From NCBI GenBank assembly GCA_965228345.1, contig CBDDHH010000003.1:181806-245805 (forward strand): a DNA stretch of 64,000 nt, read 5' to 3'. Within the stretch, counting starts at the first letter, position 1. Each line of letters begins with the position of its first letter. Source of the stretch: Alphaproteobacteria bacterium. GTDB lineage: Bacteria > Pseudomonadota > Alphaproteobacteria > UBA7985. Below, in pieces: positions 25,651 through 34,786 of this stretch. Under the pieces are notes generated by a model. It was given only the letters and a program-made list of their open reading frames with translations, searched no databases and was not told where the DNA came from. The position numbers and the translations under genes were made by a program.

Positions 25651-27330
25651 ATGAAGAACATGCCTTTGTTCCCTCTTGCCCTTGCGGGCATTGCAGGGCT
25701 CATAGTAACGCTATGTGCGCTATTCCTCGTCCAAGTTGCAAGTCCTTGGCCCTATACCGACATGTGGGATGGAGGTCTCGGCTTCTTAATAAAGGTTACT
25801 GAAGACTTTACCTTTGGGGCCTTTTTCAAGCCTCACAACGAACATCGTATTGTCCTGGCACGTGTTCTGTTTTTCTTAGATGAAAGGTTATTTGGCGGCA
25901 CCAACACCTCGCTTTATGTTTGGCACTTCGCATTTGCTTGCGCCTTCTGCGTTCTTTTCGCAGCGGCGATTTGGCGCGAGATTTCAGGGTGGTCTCGGCT
26001 TATCTTGATGTCATTCACTATAAGTTTGGTTTTTTCTCTCTCTCAGTCCTATAACTTTGGACGGGCGTTTCAGAGCATGTTTTTTCTGGCCTACCTAGCG
26101 CCCTTTGCCACGTATGTGGCCTGGGCGCGTTTTCGCGTCACGACGCGCGCGGCTTGGGCGTTTGGGGCCTTGGCGCTGGGGATAATGAGTGCGCTGACCA
26201 TGGCCAACGGCGCGCTGGCGCTGCTCCCGCTCATTGTTTATGAGGGGCTTGCGCGCACCCGGCTAAGGTGGATCGGCATTCTCGTGGTGGTTCAGGCCCT
26301 GGTCTTGTTGCTCTATTTTTGGGATTACCATAGCCCTGGGCATCATCCGAGTTGGTCAAGCACCTTGTCCCAGCCTGTGGTTTTTCTTGAGTATATTCTG
26401 GTCTTCCTTGGGTCATGGGCTGGGGCCGAGGCGGCACCGATTGTTGGCGGAGTCATCGTTGGCGGCACAACTTTCTGGCTTTGGCGCCATATGCGTCGGC
26501 CAGAACCGGCGAAAATGAGCCAAGCCCTCTTGCTACTCCTTATGTTCGTGATCGTGACTGCCGCCGTCACAGCCCTGGGGCGGGCAGGTTTTGGTGTGGA
26601 GACAGCTCTAAAGAGCCGCTATACAACACCCTCGCTCTATGCCTTGTCAGCAGCTGTGGGCCTGGCTTATCTTCGCAGAACTTGGCGTCAGCGCTGGCTG
26701 CATATATTTATGGGCTTAGTTGGGGTTGCGGCCCTTGGCGAGCAGGCAACACGAGATTTTGTACCCCATCACAAAGAGTTCTTAAAACGCGCGGCGACCA
26801 TGTCAATTATTCAGGGAACGCCCGACGAGGAAGCCTTTTTGAAACATGCCTACCCTCATCACTTGCATGAGGCGCGAGTAGCCGATGCGTTACGACTCGG
26901 CATTGGCGTGTTTGGCACGCCGCCCTATAGTCAAATGCGTGATCTAGTGGGGAAGCAAATTCGCCCTTTAAGTGGCGAAAGACCTGACCAAGCTTGCGAA
27001 GGGGGTATTGCGGCAACTCTAGAGCTGAAGGACGGGGGGGTTCGGGTGACTGGTTGGATGAAAGATCCCGCTGTGCGCCATGGCTTTGCCACGCTAGTAG
27101 CAGGACAGGATGGGCGCATCTTGGGCTTTGGGCTCAGCAGTTCTTGGAAGTCTGCCCCTAGTGAACCGGCCTCACATCCCGAGCTAGAGAGATTTTGGGT
27201 CTATCTCAGTCCTTTGCGGCAAGCGGAACGCCCGATCACCTTGCAGTTTTGGGAGGAGGCGGCAAGTTGCGAGCTAACCTTATCAATCCCCGTTGAGATG
27301 AATTCCAAGCGGACTCATATCAGCGGTTAA
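25651..27330 (+). CDS. Polytopic inner-membrane protein, putative GT-C-type glycosyltransferase (candidate arabinofuranosyltransferase)
   Basis: About 560 aa with at least 10 hydrophobic segments and a ~170-aa soluble C-terminal domain. It sits at the head of the lipid-linked sugar donor cluster. The start is taken at ATG 25651 (MKNMPLFPLALAG...); the ORF is open from 25609. Confidence 0.5.
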   Translation: MKNMPLFPLALAGIAGLIVTLCALFLVQVASPWPYTDMWDGGLGFLIKVTEDFTFGAFFKPHNEHRIVLARVLFFLDERLFGGTNTSLYVWHFAFACAFCVLFAAAIWREISGWSRLILMSFTISLVFSLSQSYNFGRAFQSMFFLAYLAPFATYVAWARFRVTTRAAWAFGALALGIMSALTMANGALALLPLIVYEGLARTRLRWIGILVVVQALVLLLYFWDYHSPGHHPSWSSTLSQPVVFLEYILVFLGSWAGAEAAPIVGGVIVGGTTFWLWRHMRRPEPAKMSQALLLLLMFVIVTAAVTALGRAGFGVETALKSRYTTPSLYALSAAVGLAYLRRTWRQRWLHIFMGLVGVAALGEQATRDFVPHHKEFLKRAATMSIIQGTPDEEAFLKHAYPHHLHEARVADALRLGIGVFGTPPYSQMRDLVGKQIRPLSGERPDQACEGGIAATLELKDGGVRVTGWMKDPAVRHGFATLVAGQDGRILGFGLSSSWKSAPSEPASHPELERFWVYLSPLRQAERPITLQFWEEAASCELTLSIPVEMNSKRTHISG

Positions 27331-27336
27331 CACGAT

Positions 27337-27524
27337 TATGCCAGTTCACCTTAAAACAGACTCTTTATGAACTGGTATAGGGCCGCGACTGCGGCCCCCG
27401 CAGCGGCCCCGAGAACAGCTAAGAAAGCGCCTCGGGGTATAAGCGAAGGGGAGGCGAAACGCGCCGCGTTTCTGCCGTGAGACAAAACTCCGCTAAAAAT
27501 GTCAATTTTTAGCGGAGTTGGTAT
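27337..27524 (-). repeat. Mosaic intergenic repeat, copy R3 (short form, reverse)
   Basis: Contains the T-type hairpin, GGGCCGCGACTGCGGCCC, CCCCGAG...CTCGGGG, GAAACGCgccGCGTTTC, CTGCCGTGAGAC and the CTCCGCTAAAAA-TGTCAA-TTTTTAGCGGAG hairpin. It lacks two modules found in the long form. Confidence 0.9.
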
Positions 27525-27644
27525 GACTGGGCACTCCCTTATGCTGAGGTCCCCGATCCAATTCAAGGAAACAGAGTTTGTGAATTTCGGGGTCCTTGCC
27601 TAAAGTTCTTATCCTGAAGATTAGAAGTGTGTTATACCCCGTCC

Positions 27645-29081
27645 ATGGCGCGTCCTGTTCCTCTGGTTGTCGATTTGGATGGAACCTTGGTTCATGCGGA
27701 TCTAACGCTTGAACTTTGCCTGCTACACATTCGCCGCTGGAGCATCGTCGCCGTGCTACAACTGGCTTCATGGTTTTTGCGCGGGCGCGCGGCGGCGAAG
27801 GCCAAACTGGCTCAGCTTTATCGAGATCAAATGGTGGTTGCTGCCTTGCCCATCAGCACGTTGCAGGAGACCGACCTATATAAGCAGGCTACCCACCGGG
27901 CTTTGGTGTCTGGATCACCCCATTCCCTGGTAGTGCGAATTGCCGCGCAGATCGGCGGTTTCGACCTGGTCAGAGGCACCCAAGGTAGCGTAAATCTAAT
28001 TGGCGCACACAAGGCGGCCTTCCTCGTTGCTACGTATCCAGACGGTTTTGACTACGTGGGCGATAGCAAGCACGATATAGAAGTATGGCGCGCCGCGCGA
28101 AGGGCTTATGCCTTTAACGCCTCGAATGAAACACTCCGCAAGGCCGAGGCGCGCGGGATCAGGCCCGAGGTTCTGAGCCAACGCAAACCTTGGTTGCCCG
28201 CCGCGTTGAAGGCTATGCGCATGCACCAGTGGACAAAGAATAGTCTATTGTTGCTGATCCCCTTCCTGAATTTTACCTCGTTTGAAGTGGTCTGGCTGTG
28301 GTATGGTTTGGCGGGGTTTTTCGCCTTTTCTCTGGTTGCCAGTGCTACTTATCTACTCAATGATCTGCTGGATATTCAAGTTGATCGCCAGCACAAGATT
28401 AAGCGCAACCGTCCCTTCGCGAGGGGCGCACTGCCTATTCAACAAGGGCTTGCGTTCATGGGCGCGCTTGGCGCAGCTGGTTTGGCGCTCGCCATGGCCT
28501 TGGGCTGGGTCTATTTTAGCCTGGTCGTGATTTATACTCTCGCCTCGGCGATTTATTCCTTTGTTTTAAAGCAAGTGGTTCTTGTCGATGCCTTTACCCT
28601 CACCATCCTATACTGCTGGCGAGTGTTCGCGGGCGCTCTGTTGTTCGGGCTCACTACAAATGCTTGGTTTCTCATCTCTCTCGGATTTTTCTTCTTTGGC
28701 CTGGCGCTAGGTAAGCGTGCCGTTGAACTCCGGGCCAGGGGGGCTGACGGTGAGCAGATTCACGGCAGGGGTTACGAGGGAGAGGATGTGATGATCGTCT
28801 CCATTGCGGGCGTCACTTCAAGCTTTATGAGTGTTGGATTTGTGCTGATCTTCGCCTTGCTGGATCAATCCCTGTTGCTCCAGACCGCCGCCATATCCAT
28901 TGCTGTCGGCGCTTTTATCACCTTTTGGATTATGCGTTTTTGGCTCTTGGTCCATCGCGGGCAGGTGAATGATGACCCTGTCATATTCGCATTGAAGGAT
29001 CGAGTCAGTCTATCGACGTTTGCCCTGATCTTCGTGTTGGTACTTGGGGAGACGCTTGTTCTAAAGATCGGGGTGGCTTGA
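27645..29081 (+). CDS. HAD-like phosphatase fused to a UbiA-family polyprenyl-phosphate phosphoribosyltransferase (Rv3806c-like)
   Basis: The N-terminus VVDLDGTLV is HAD motif I. The C-terminal ~290 aa have multiple TM segments and NDLLDIQVDRQH (NDxxDxxxD). ATG 27645 is preferred over GTG 27627. Confidence 0.8.
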   Translation: MARPVPLVVDLDGTLVHADLTLELCLLHIRRWSIVAVLQLASWFLRGRAAAKAKLAQLYRDQMVVAALPISTLQETDLYKQATHRALVSGSPHSLVVRIAAQIGGFDLVRGTQGSVNLIGAHKAAFLVATYPDGFDYVGDSKHDIEVWRAARRAYAFNASNETLRKAEARGIRPEVLSQRKPWLPAALKAMRMHQWTKNSLLLLIPFLNFTSFEVVWLWYGLAGFFAFSLVASATYLLNDLLDIQVDRQHKIKRNRPFARGALPIQQGLAFMGALGAAGLALAMALGWVYFSLVVIYTLASAIYSFVLKQVVLVDAFTLTILYCWRVFAGALLFGLTTNAWFLISLGFFFFGLALGKRAVELRARGADGEQIHGRGYEGEDVMIVSIAGVTSSFMSVGFVLIFALLDQSLLLQTAAISIAVGAFITFWIMRFWLLVHRGQVNDDPVIFALKDRVSLSTFALIFVLVLGETLVLKIGVA

Positions 29082-30394
29082 TGCTTGCCTGGGGTCGTGT
29101 GCATCGTCTGCAGCATTGCCAGAAAGCCCCAGCTTTTAGGCACCAGACAGCTTTCAGTGAGGGTCTGATCAATACGCCCTATGGCCAGGGCCGATCCTAT
29201 GGAGATGTTGCCTTGAACGCAGGTGGGTGCCTTGTGCGGACCCACAAACTCAATCGCCTGTTGAGTTTTAACCGAAGCACAGGCCTGTTGCGTGCAGAGG
29301 CAGGAACAACTTTGGCGGACGTGCTAGAAGTTGCGGTGCCTGAAGGATGGTTTTTGCCAGTGACGCCAGGAACCAAGTTCGTGTCCCTCGGCGGGGCGGT
29401 TGCAAATGATGTGCATGGCAAGAACCACCATCGAGTCGGCAGCTTTGGCGCCCACGTGCGTGCACTGTCTCTTCGCCGCAGCGACGGCAGCGTGCAGGTG
29501 CTGCGTTTTGGGGACTCTCTATTCGCCCTTACGATCAGTGGGTTGGGCTTAACAGGACTTATCGAATGGGTCGAGGTCCAGCTGATCCCGATACGCTCCG
29601 TCAATATGTGGGTGGAGAACACGCGCTTCAGCTGTCTTGACGCATTTTTTGACCTTAGCAACGCCTCTAAGACTTGGCCCTATTGCGTTGCCTGGGTTGA
29701 CTGTTTTGCGCGGGGGGCGCGGCTGGGCCAGGGGGTTTTTACCAGAGCCCGCCACAGCCTCAAACCTGATTTAGCGGCAAGAGCGCGCGCGGTGATCGGT
29801 GCATACGGTGCTGGCAGACCTCGCCTCTCCTGGCCAGTCGAAACACCGAGCTGGCTGCTGAACCGCTATAGCATCGCCACCTTCAACGGGCTGTACCGGC
29901 GCAGGGCTGGGGCATCCTATGTAGGTTTGGTTGACTATGATCCCTATTTTTACCCGCTCGACAGCATCGCGAATTGGAACCGTCTCTATGGTCCGCGCGG
30001 ATTTTATCAACACCAGTGTCTGATTCCCAAGCCCGCGGCGCGAGAGGGGATCGCCGCCTTGCTCAAGACAATTTCCAGCCGATCTCAGGGCTCCTTCCTC
30101 ACGGTATTGAAAAACCACGGCGTTGAGACGTCGCCGGGGCTGAATTCATTTTGCTTTGAGGGCACGAGTTTAGCTATGGATTTTGCAAACAAAGGCGCTG
30201 CCACGCTGAATCTCTTAGGCGAACTGGAGGCCATTGTACGCAGCTTTGGCGGACGAATTTACGCGGCAAAAGACAGCACCATGACGAGCGCAACCTATAG
30301 GGCTATGTACCCAAACTGGACCCTGCTTGAGGCCGCCCGTGATCCCCAACTTAACTCTGCATTTTGGATGCGCGTAACTGGAGATGCCCCATGA
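29081..30394 (+). CDS. FAD-dependent decaprenylphosphoryl-ribose 2'-oxidase-like protein (DprE1-like)
   Basis: AWGR, GQGRSYGD and PGTKFVSLGGAVANDVHGKNHHRVGSFGAHV align closely with my recollection of M. tuberculosis DprE1 (GWGR, [37 protein letters not shown]). TGATG overlap with the UbiA gene. Confidence 0.8.
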   Translation: MLAWGRVHRLQHCQKAPAFRHQTAFSEGLINTPYGQGRSYGDVALNAGGCLVRTHKLNRLLSFNRSTGLLRAEAGTTLADVLEVAVPEGWFLPVTPGTKFVSLGGAVANDVHGKNHHRVGSFGAHVRALSLRRSDGSVQVLRFGDSLFALTISGLGLTGLIEWVEVQLIPIRSVNMWVENTRFSCLDAFFDLSNASKTWPYCVAWVDCFARGARLGQGVFTRARHSLKPDLAARARAVIGAYGAGRPRLSWPVETPSWLLNRYSIATFNGLYRRRAGASYVGLVDYDPYFYPLDSIANWNRLYGPRGFYQHQCLIPKPAAREGIAALLKTISSRSQGSFLTVLKNHGVETSPGLNSFCFEGTSLAMDFANKGAATLNLLGELEAIVRSFGGRIYAAKDSTMTSATYRAMYPNWTLLEAARDPQLNSAFWMRVTGDAP

Positions 30395-31134
30395 ATCTGC
30401 CCTATACAATTTTGATTCTGGGAGGGTCTTCGGCGATTGCCGCGACCTATGCCCGCCGCCGCGTCGCACGCCTGATCGCGGAGGGCGAGAAGGTGCGTCT
30501 TATCCTGGCAGGTCGCAGCGTGGAAAAACTGGAAGCCACGGCGGACGATCTGCGCGCCCGCGGCGCTGAGGTTCAGGTTGCAACGCGGGATCTAAACCAG
30601 TTCGATGCCGCGCTGCTGCACGGGCCAATAGATGAGGCTGTCTTTGCCTACAGTACCCTCACCGACCAAGCTACCGCCCAGGCGAGCGCCACGTACCTCG
30701 CCGCGCAAATGACCCTAAACCTGACCTCAATCATCGTATGGCTGGAGGGGGTTGCGAAGGTATTTGAAGACCAGGGCCATGGGCGTGCGCTTGTCATCGG
30801 CTCGGTCGCGGGCGATCGAGGCCGCATGTCAAACTATGCCTACGGCGCGGCCAAAGCGGGCCTGGCGACGTTCGTGGCAGGCATGGCCCATCGCTTTTCC
30901 AAACAGCGCCATATTGTCTTTACTCTGCTAAAACCCGGTCTTGTTGACACGCCAATGACGGCGCATATCGAGCCGAAAGGCGCCCTCTGGGCAGGGTCTG
31001 AACGGGTAGCAGCGTGTGCCGAGCGGGCCCTACTTGCCGGACGCAACGTGGCCTATACACCCTCATTTTGGCGGATGATTATGCTGGCCATCAAGCTTAC
31101 TCCCACCTTCATTTTTCACCGAACCAAGCTTTAG
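30391..31134 (+). CDS. Short-chain dehydrogenase, DprE2-like (2'-keto reductase)
   Basis: ILILGGSSAIA Rossmann motif and YGAAK catalytic motif; 247 aa; ATGA overlap with the DprE1-like gene. Confidence 0.7.
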   Translation: MNLPYTILILGGSSAIAATYARRRVARLIAEGEKVRLILAGRSVEKLEATADDLRARGAEVQVATRDLNQFDAALLHGPIDEAVFAYSTLTDQATAQASATYLAAQMTLNLTSIIVWLEGVAKVFEDQGHGRALVIGSVAGDRGRMSNYAYGAAKAGLATFVAGMAHRFSKQRHIVFTLLKPGLVDTPMTAHIEPKGALWAGSERVAACAERALLAGRNVAYTPSFWRMIMLAIKLTPTFIFHRTKL

Positions 31135-31166
31135 CCCACAAGGCTGGAACCTAGGCAAAGCGTTCA

Positions 31167-32102
31167 ATGACCAAGTGCATTCTCATAACTGGTGCCGCGG
31201 GCCTCGTTGGCCAAAATCTCGTAGCGCGCCTGAAGACTCGTCGCGACCTTCGGCTCGTGTGCGTAGATAAGCATCCTGCCAATTGCGAGATTTTCCGCAT
31301 CCTGCATGAAGAGGTGCAGCTCATCGAAGCAGACTTGCGCGATCCCGACACCTGGGCCCATGCCTTGGAGGGGGTCGATATGATCATCATGAACCATGCC
31401 CAAATCGGGGCCTTGGAGGAAGGCCCCTTTATCGCCAATAATGTTGAGGCCACCCAAAGGGTGATCGACCAAGCCAAGGCACACAAGGTGGACCGGATGA
31501 TCCACATCTCTTCCTCTGTTGTGCGCTCCATGGCCGATGATTTTTATACCCGCAGCAAACGACAGCAGGAGGAGATTGTATTGCAAAGCGGGATCCAGGC
31601 TGTGGTACTGCGGCCCACACTCATGTTCGGGTGGTATGACCGCAAGCACCTGGGTTGGCTATCACGGTTCATGCAGCGGAGCCCGGTCTTTCCCTTACCC
31701 AACTTTGGCCGCTATATTCGCCAACCCCTCTACGCGGGCGATTTTTGCGCGGTGATCGAGGCGTGCATTGATCGCCCCACCTTTGGTCAGATTTACGATA
31801 TTTCAGGCCAGGAACGGGTCAGCTACGGAGATTTGATTCGCGCGCTGAAGAAGGCGTCCGGCGCGCGTTCTTTAATTTTGCCAATTCCCTATCACTTGTT
31901 TTGGGCCTTATTGAAGCTCTATGGTCTGATTTTCAGGGATCCCCCCTTTACTACCAGTCAGCTGGCAGCACTTGTCGTGCCGGAGGAGTTTCCCGTGATC
32001 GACTGGCCCAGCATATTTGGTGTCCGCGCAACTCCCTTGACGCAAGCATTGGAGGAAACCTTCGCCCATCCCACCAACGCATCGGTTGTGTTGGAGTTTT
32101 AG
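31167..32102 (+). CDS. NAD-dependent epimerase/dehydratase family protein
   Basis: ILITGAAGLVGQNLV Rossmann motif and the YxxxK-type YTRSK; 311 aa. Confidence 0.75.
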   Translation: MTKCILITGAAGLVGQNLVARLKTRRDLRLVCVDKHPANCEIFRILHEEVQLIEADLRDPDTWAHALEGVDMIIMNHAQIGALEEGPFIANNVEATQRVIDQAKAHKVDRMIHISSSVVRSMADDFYTRSKRQQEEIVLQSGIQAVVLRPTLMFGWYDRKHLGWLSRFMQRSPVFPLPNFGRYIRQPLYAGDFCAVIEACIDRPTFGQIYDISGQERVSYGDLIRALKKASGARSLILPIPYHLFWALLKLYGLIFRDPPFTTSQLAALVVPEEFPVIDWPSIFGVRATPLTQALEETFAHPTNASVVLEF

Positions 32103-32103
32103 A

Positions 32104-33387
32104 ATGAGGAGAATCGCAATTGTGGGCGCGGGTGCAATGGGACTGGCTGCTGCCTATGAAGCTTGTAAACAGGGGTATCAGGTTCAGGTTTTTGAGGCGG
32201 GCGATAAGATCGGCGGCATGGCTGCGCATTTTGATTTTGGTGGCCTGAGTTTGGAGCGATACTACCATTTCATCTGCAAGTCGGACACGCCCACGTTTGA
32301 ATTGCTTGATGAGCTGGGCATCGCAGATACCCTGCGGTGGGTCGATACCAAGATGGGCTATTATATCAACGGCACAACCTATCCATGGGGTGATCCCATT
32401 TCGTTGCTGAAGTTTCCTTTGCTCAACATGTGGCAAAAGTTTCGCTACGGTCTCACAGCTCTGAGGCTGACGCGTAAGGCGGACTTCCGATATCTAGAGG
32501 ATGTATCTGCAACTGATTGGATAAGGCAGGATTTTGGTGAGAAAACCTACGCCCTGCTGTGGAAACGCCTGCTAGAGTTGAAGTTCTTTGAGTATACCGA
32601 CACCATTTCAGCTGCGTGGATCGCCACGCGGATCAAACGCATTGGCAAGTCGCGAAAGTCCCTCATGCAAGAACAACTGGGCTATCTTCATGGAGGTTCT
32701 GAAACGCTCATTTCTGCCTTAGCGGCGGCAATTGAGGCGAAGGGTGGCCAGATCCATATTGCCAGACCCGTGAAGCGGATCAACATCAGGCAGGGGCGGG
32801 TCACGGGCGTGAAATTGTCCGATGGCACGGATCGGACCTTCGATGCTCTTATCTCCACCGTCCCCACCCCCTTAGTCGCAGCTATGGTGCCAGATTTGAG
32901 CGCAGCAGAGAAGGCCGCCTACGGCGGTATTGCGAATATTGGTGTTGTGTGTGTTGCGGTAAAGCTGGCGAGGTCGATCACTCCCAACTTCTGGCTCAAT
33001 ATCAACGACCCGCGCATTGATGTGCCCGGCATCATCGAGTTTTCAAACCTGCGGCCCATGGATCATCCTGTAGTCTATGTGCCTTACTACATGCCCGTCA
33101 GCCACCCAAAGTTCTCACAATGTGATGCGGCCTTTGAGGAGGAAATTACCGCCTACTTACGCATACTTCAGCCCCTGCTAACGGTTGAAGATGTTCTGGA
33201 CATGCAGATTAGCCGTCTGCGCTATAGTCAACCGGTGTGCGAGCCTGGATTTGCTAAGAAAATCCCTCCGATAAAACCGGCAATCTCGGGGCTACAAATC
33301 GCAGATACGTGCTACTATTACCCCGAGGACCGAGGTCTGGCTGAGAGCATCCGCCTAGGCCGCCGAATGGCCCAGACTATAGTATAG
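32104..33387 (+). CDS. FAD/NAD(P)-dependent oxidoreductase (CrtI/HemY amine-oxidase-like)
   Basis: MRRIAIVGAGAMGLAAAYEACKQGYQVQVFEAGDKIGGM dinucleotide-binding motif. The start is at ATG 32104, 2 nt after the upstream stop. Confidence 0.7.
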   Translation: MRRIAIVGAGAMGLAAAYEACKQGYQVQVFEAGDKIGGMAAHFDFGGLSLERYYHFICKSDTPTFELLDELGIADTLRWVDTKMGYYINGTTYPWGDPISLLKFPLLNMWQKFRYGLTALRLTRKADFRYLEDVSATDWIRQDFGEKTYALLWKRLLELKFFEYTDTISAAWIATRIKRIGKSRKSLMQEQLGYLHGGSETLISALAAAIEAKGGQIHIARPVKRINIRQGRVTGVKLSDGTDRTFDALISTVPTPLVAAMVPDLSAAEKAAYGGIANIGVVCVAVKLARSITPNFWLNINDPRIDVPGIIEFSNLRPMDHPVVYVPYYMPVSHPKFSQCDAAFEEEITAYLRILQPLLTVEDVLDMQISRLRYSQPVCEPGFAKKIPPIKPAISGLQIADTCYYYPEDRGLAESIRLGRRMAQTIV

Positions 33388-33408
33388 TTTTTGTAAGAAA
33401 GGCAAAGA

Positions 33409-34101
33409 GTGACATTTATATCATCCCTAGTTGAGAGGGTTTATAATTTAGTTGATGGCCTTCATACACGTCGATTGAAGGCCTACTATCATAAGACGAA
33501 ATTTGATGCAGTTTTAGATGTAGGTTCGCACAAAGGTGAGTTTATCACAAGGGTCATTGGCCCAAATGTAGATATTTTTGCATTTGAGCCGCAAGAGGGT
33601 TTGATGCCAATTTTGAAGGATAAGACTCAAGAGATGCAAGTCGTGAAATACTACGCGTGTGCCGTATCTAATTCACACCTCCCGCTTACACTTTATATCA
33701 ATAGTTTATCTTCCACATCTTCGACTAAACCCCCAAATTCATATAGCGCATGGAGTGCGATTAAGACGGCTTTGCTAGGGGGTAAATTGGTTACGGAAAC
33801 CAAAGAAGTTCCGTGCATGACACTTGATTCTTTGATGGAAACCGAGCTGTCTCGCTATGGGGATATCTTGTTAAAAATTGATGTTGAGGGCGCAGAGTTT
33901 GAAGTTATTGAAGGAGCAAAGAAATTACTGTCGTCGGGAAAAATAAAGGCGGTGCAGTTTGAGCAGGCGCGGTACAACCTCTATCACGATTCCGCGAAGG
34001 ACCGAGTTTGCGGCGCTCTTTCCAGCCTAGGTTTCGTCAAAGACAAGTCTTTTCTTTTTCCGTTGTTGAATTTTTCAGATCTTGTTTATGTTCGAGGTTA
34101 A
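33409..34101 (+). CDS. FkbM-family methyltransferase
   Basis: LDVGSHKGEF and LKIDVEGAEFEVIEGA motifs. GTG start. Visibly AT-richer than the surrounding sequence. Confidence 0.75.
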   Translation: MTFISSLVERVYNLVDGLHTRRLKAYYHKTKFDAVLDVGSHKGEFITRVIGPNVDIFAFEPQEGLMPILKDKTQEMQVVKYYACAVSNSHLPLTLYINSLSSTSSTKPPNSYSAWSAIKTALLGGKLVTETKEVPCMTLDSLMETELSRYGDILLKIDVEGAEFEVIEGAKKLLSSGKIKAVQFEQARYNLYHDSAKDRVCGALSSLGFVKDKSFLFPLLNFSDLVYVRG

Positions 34102-34104
34102 GCC

Positions 34105-34503
34105 TTATCGAAAGGTGAAATATCGATGGCCGAAGAAACTCACCAAAGTACCAAGCCCCACCGCCATTGTGTGGGATGCTGTGTCTAAATATTCTGACTG
34201 GTTCATGAAACCAGTCAAGAAAGGCCTTAGCGCATAGCTCGCATATAGAATGATCGGTAGGGAAACCAAATTGACGATGACAAACTTGACAAACTCGCTA
34301 AAGGAGGCGCCGCCCATATCATTAAATGCCGTTGCTCTGTTTAAGGTGTAGCCAGAGGCGAGCCCAACACAGTACGCTAAGAAAATAGAAAATCCGTAGG
34401 GCATAAACATCCCAAATAGGATTCGAGATACAATATTGGCGGTTGCAGCAAGACCACCAGCTACTAGAAAGAGAAGAAGCCTTTTCATGTTCATGATCCC
34501 CAT
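34105..34503 (-). CDS. GtrA-family membrane protein (Rv3789-like; lipid-linked sugar translocation or anchoring)
   Basis: 132 aa with 4 TM segments. The C-terminus GHRYFTFR is typical of GtrA-like proteins. Confidence 0.8.
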   Translation of the reverse strand: MGIMNMKRLLLFLVAGGLAATANIVSRILFGMFMPYGFSIFLAYCVGLASGYTLNRATAFNDMGGASFSEFVKFVIVNLVSLPIILYASYALRPFLTGFMNQSEYLDTASHTMAVGLGTLVSFFGHRYFTFR

Positions 34504-34504
34504 T

Positions 34505-34560
34505 CAACCACGAAGCGGCCCACCGAAAGCCATTCAGCCCGATTCAATACAAATGTGAAT
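34505..34560 (-). repeat. G-element copy G2 (second half only, reverse), directly 5' of the gtrA-like gene
   Basis: The reverse complement TATTGAATCGGGCTGAATGGCTTTCGGTGGGCCGC aligns with G1 TATTCAAGACAAAGGCGAATGGCTTAAGGTGCGACGGGCAC. Confidence 0.5.
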
Positions 34561-34562
34561 TG

Positions 34563-34758
34563 CCTTATACCAAGGGTTATAATACCGACGGTCATAAAAA
34601 GTGACCTTTTCATGACCGTTTCGTGTCTCACGGCAGAAACGCGTTGCGTTTCGCCTCCGACGGGACGTTCGTTCGTACCCCGAGGCGCTTTCTTTGCCGA
34701 TCTCGGGGCCGCTTGTTTTTGGCGCGGGCGTTCCCTGCGCCCTTCGGGCTTGGAGCCT
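34563..34758 (+). repeat. Mosaic intergenic repeat, copy R4 (forward, right end truncated)
   Basis: Starts CCTTATACCAAGGGTTATAATACCGACGGTCATAAAAAGTGACC..., continues through GTCTCACGGCAGAAACGC and ends in ...CTTCGGGCTTGGAGCC. It lacks the GGGCCGCAGTCGCGGCCC and terminal hairpin modules. Confidence 0.85.
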
Positions 34759-34786
34759 ATCGGGAGGGTTGCGCCATCGACTGGCC

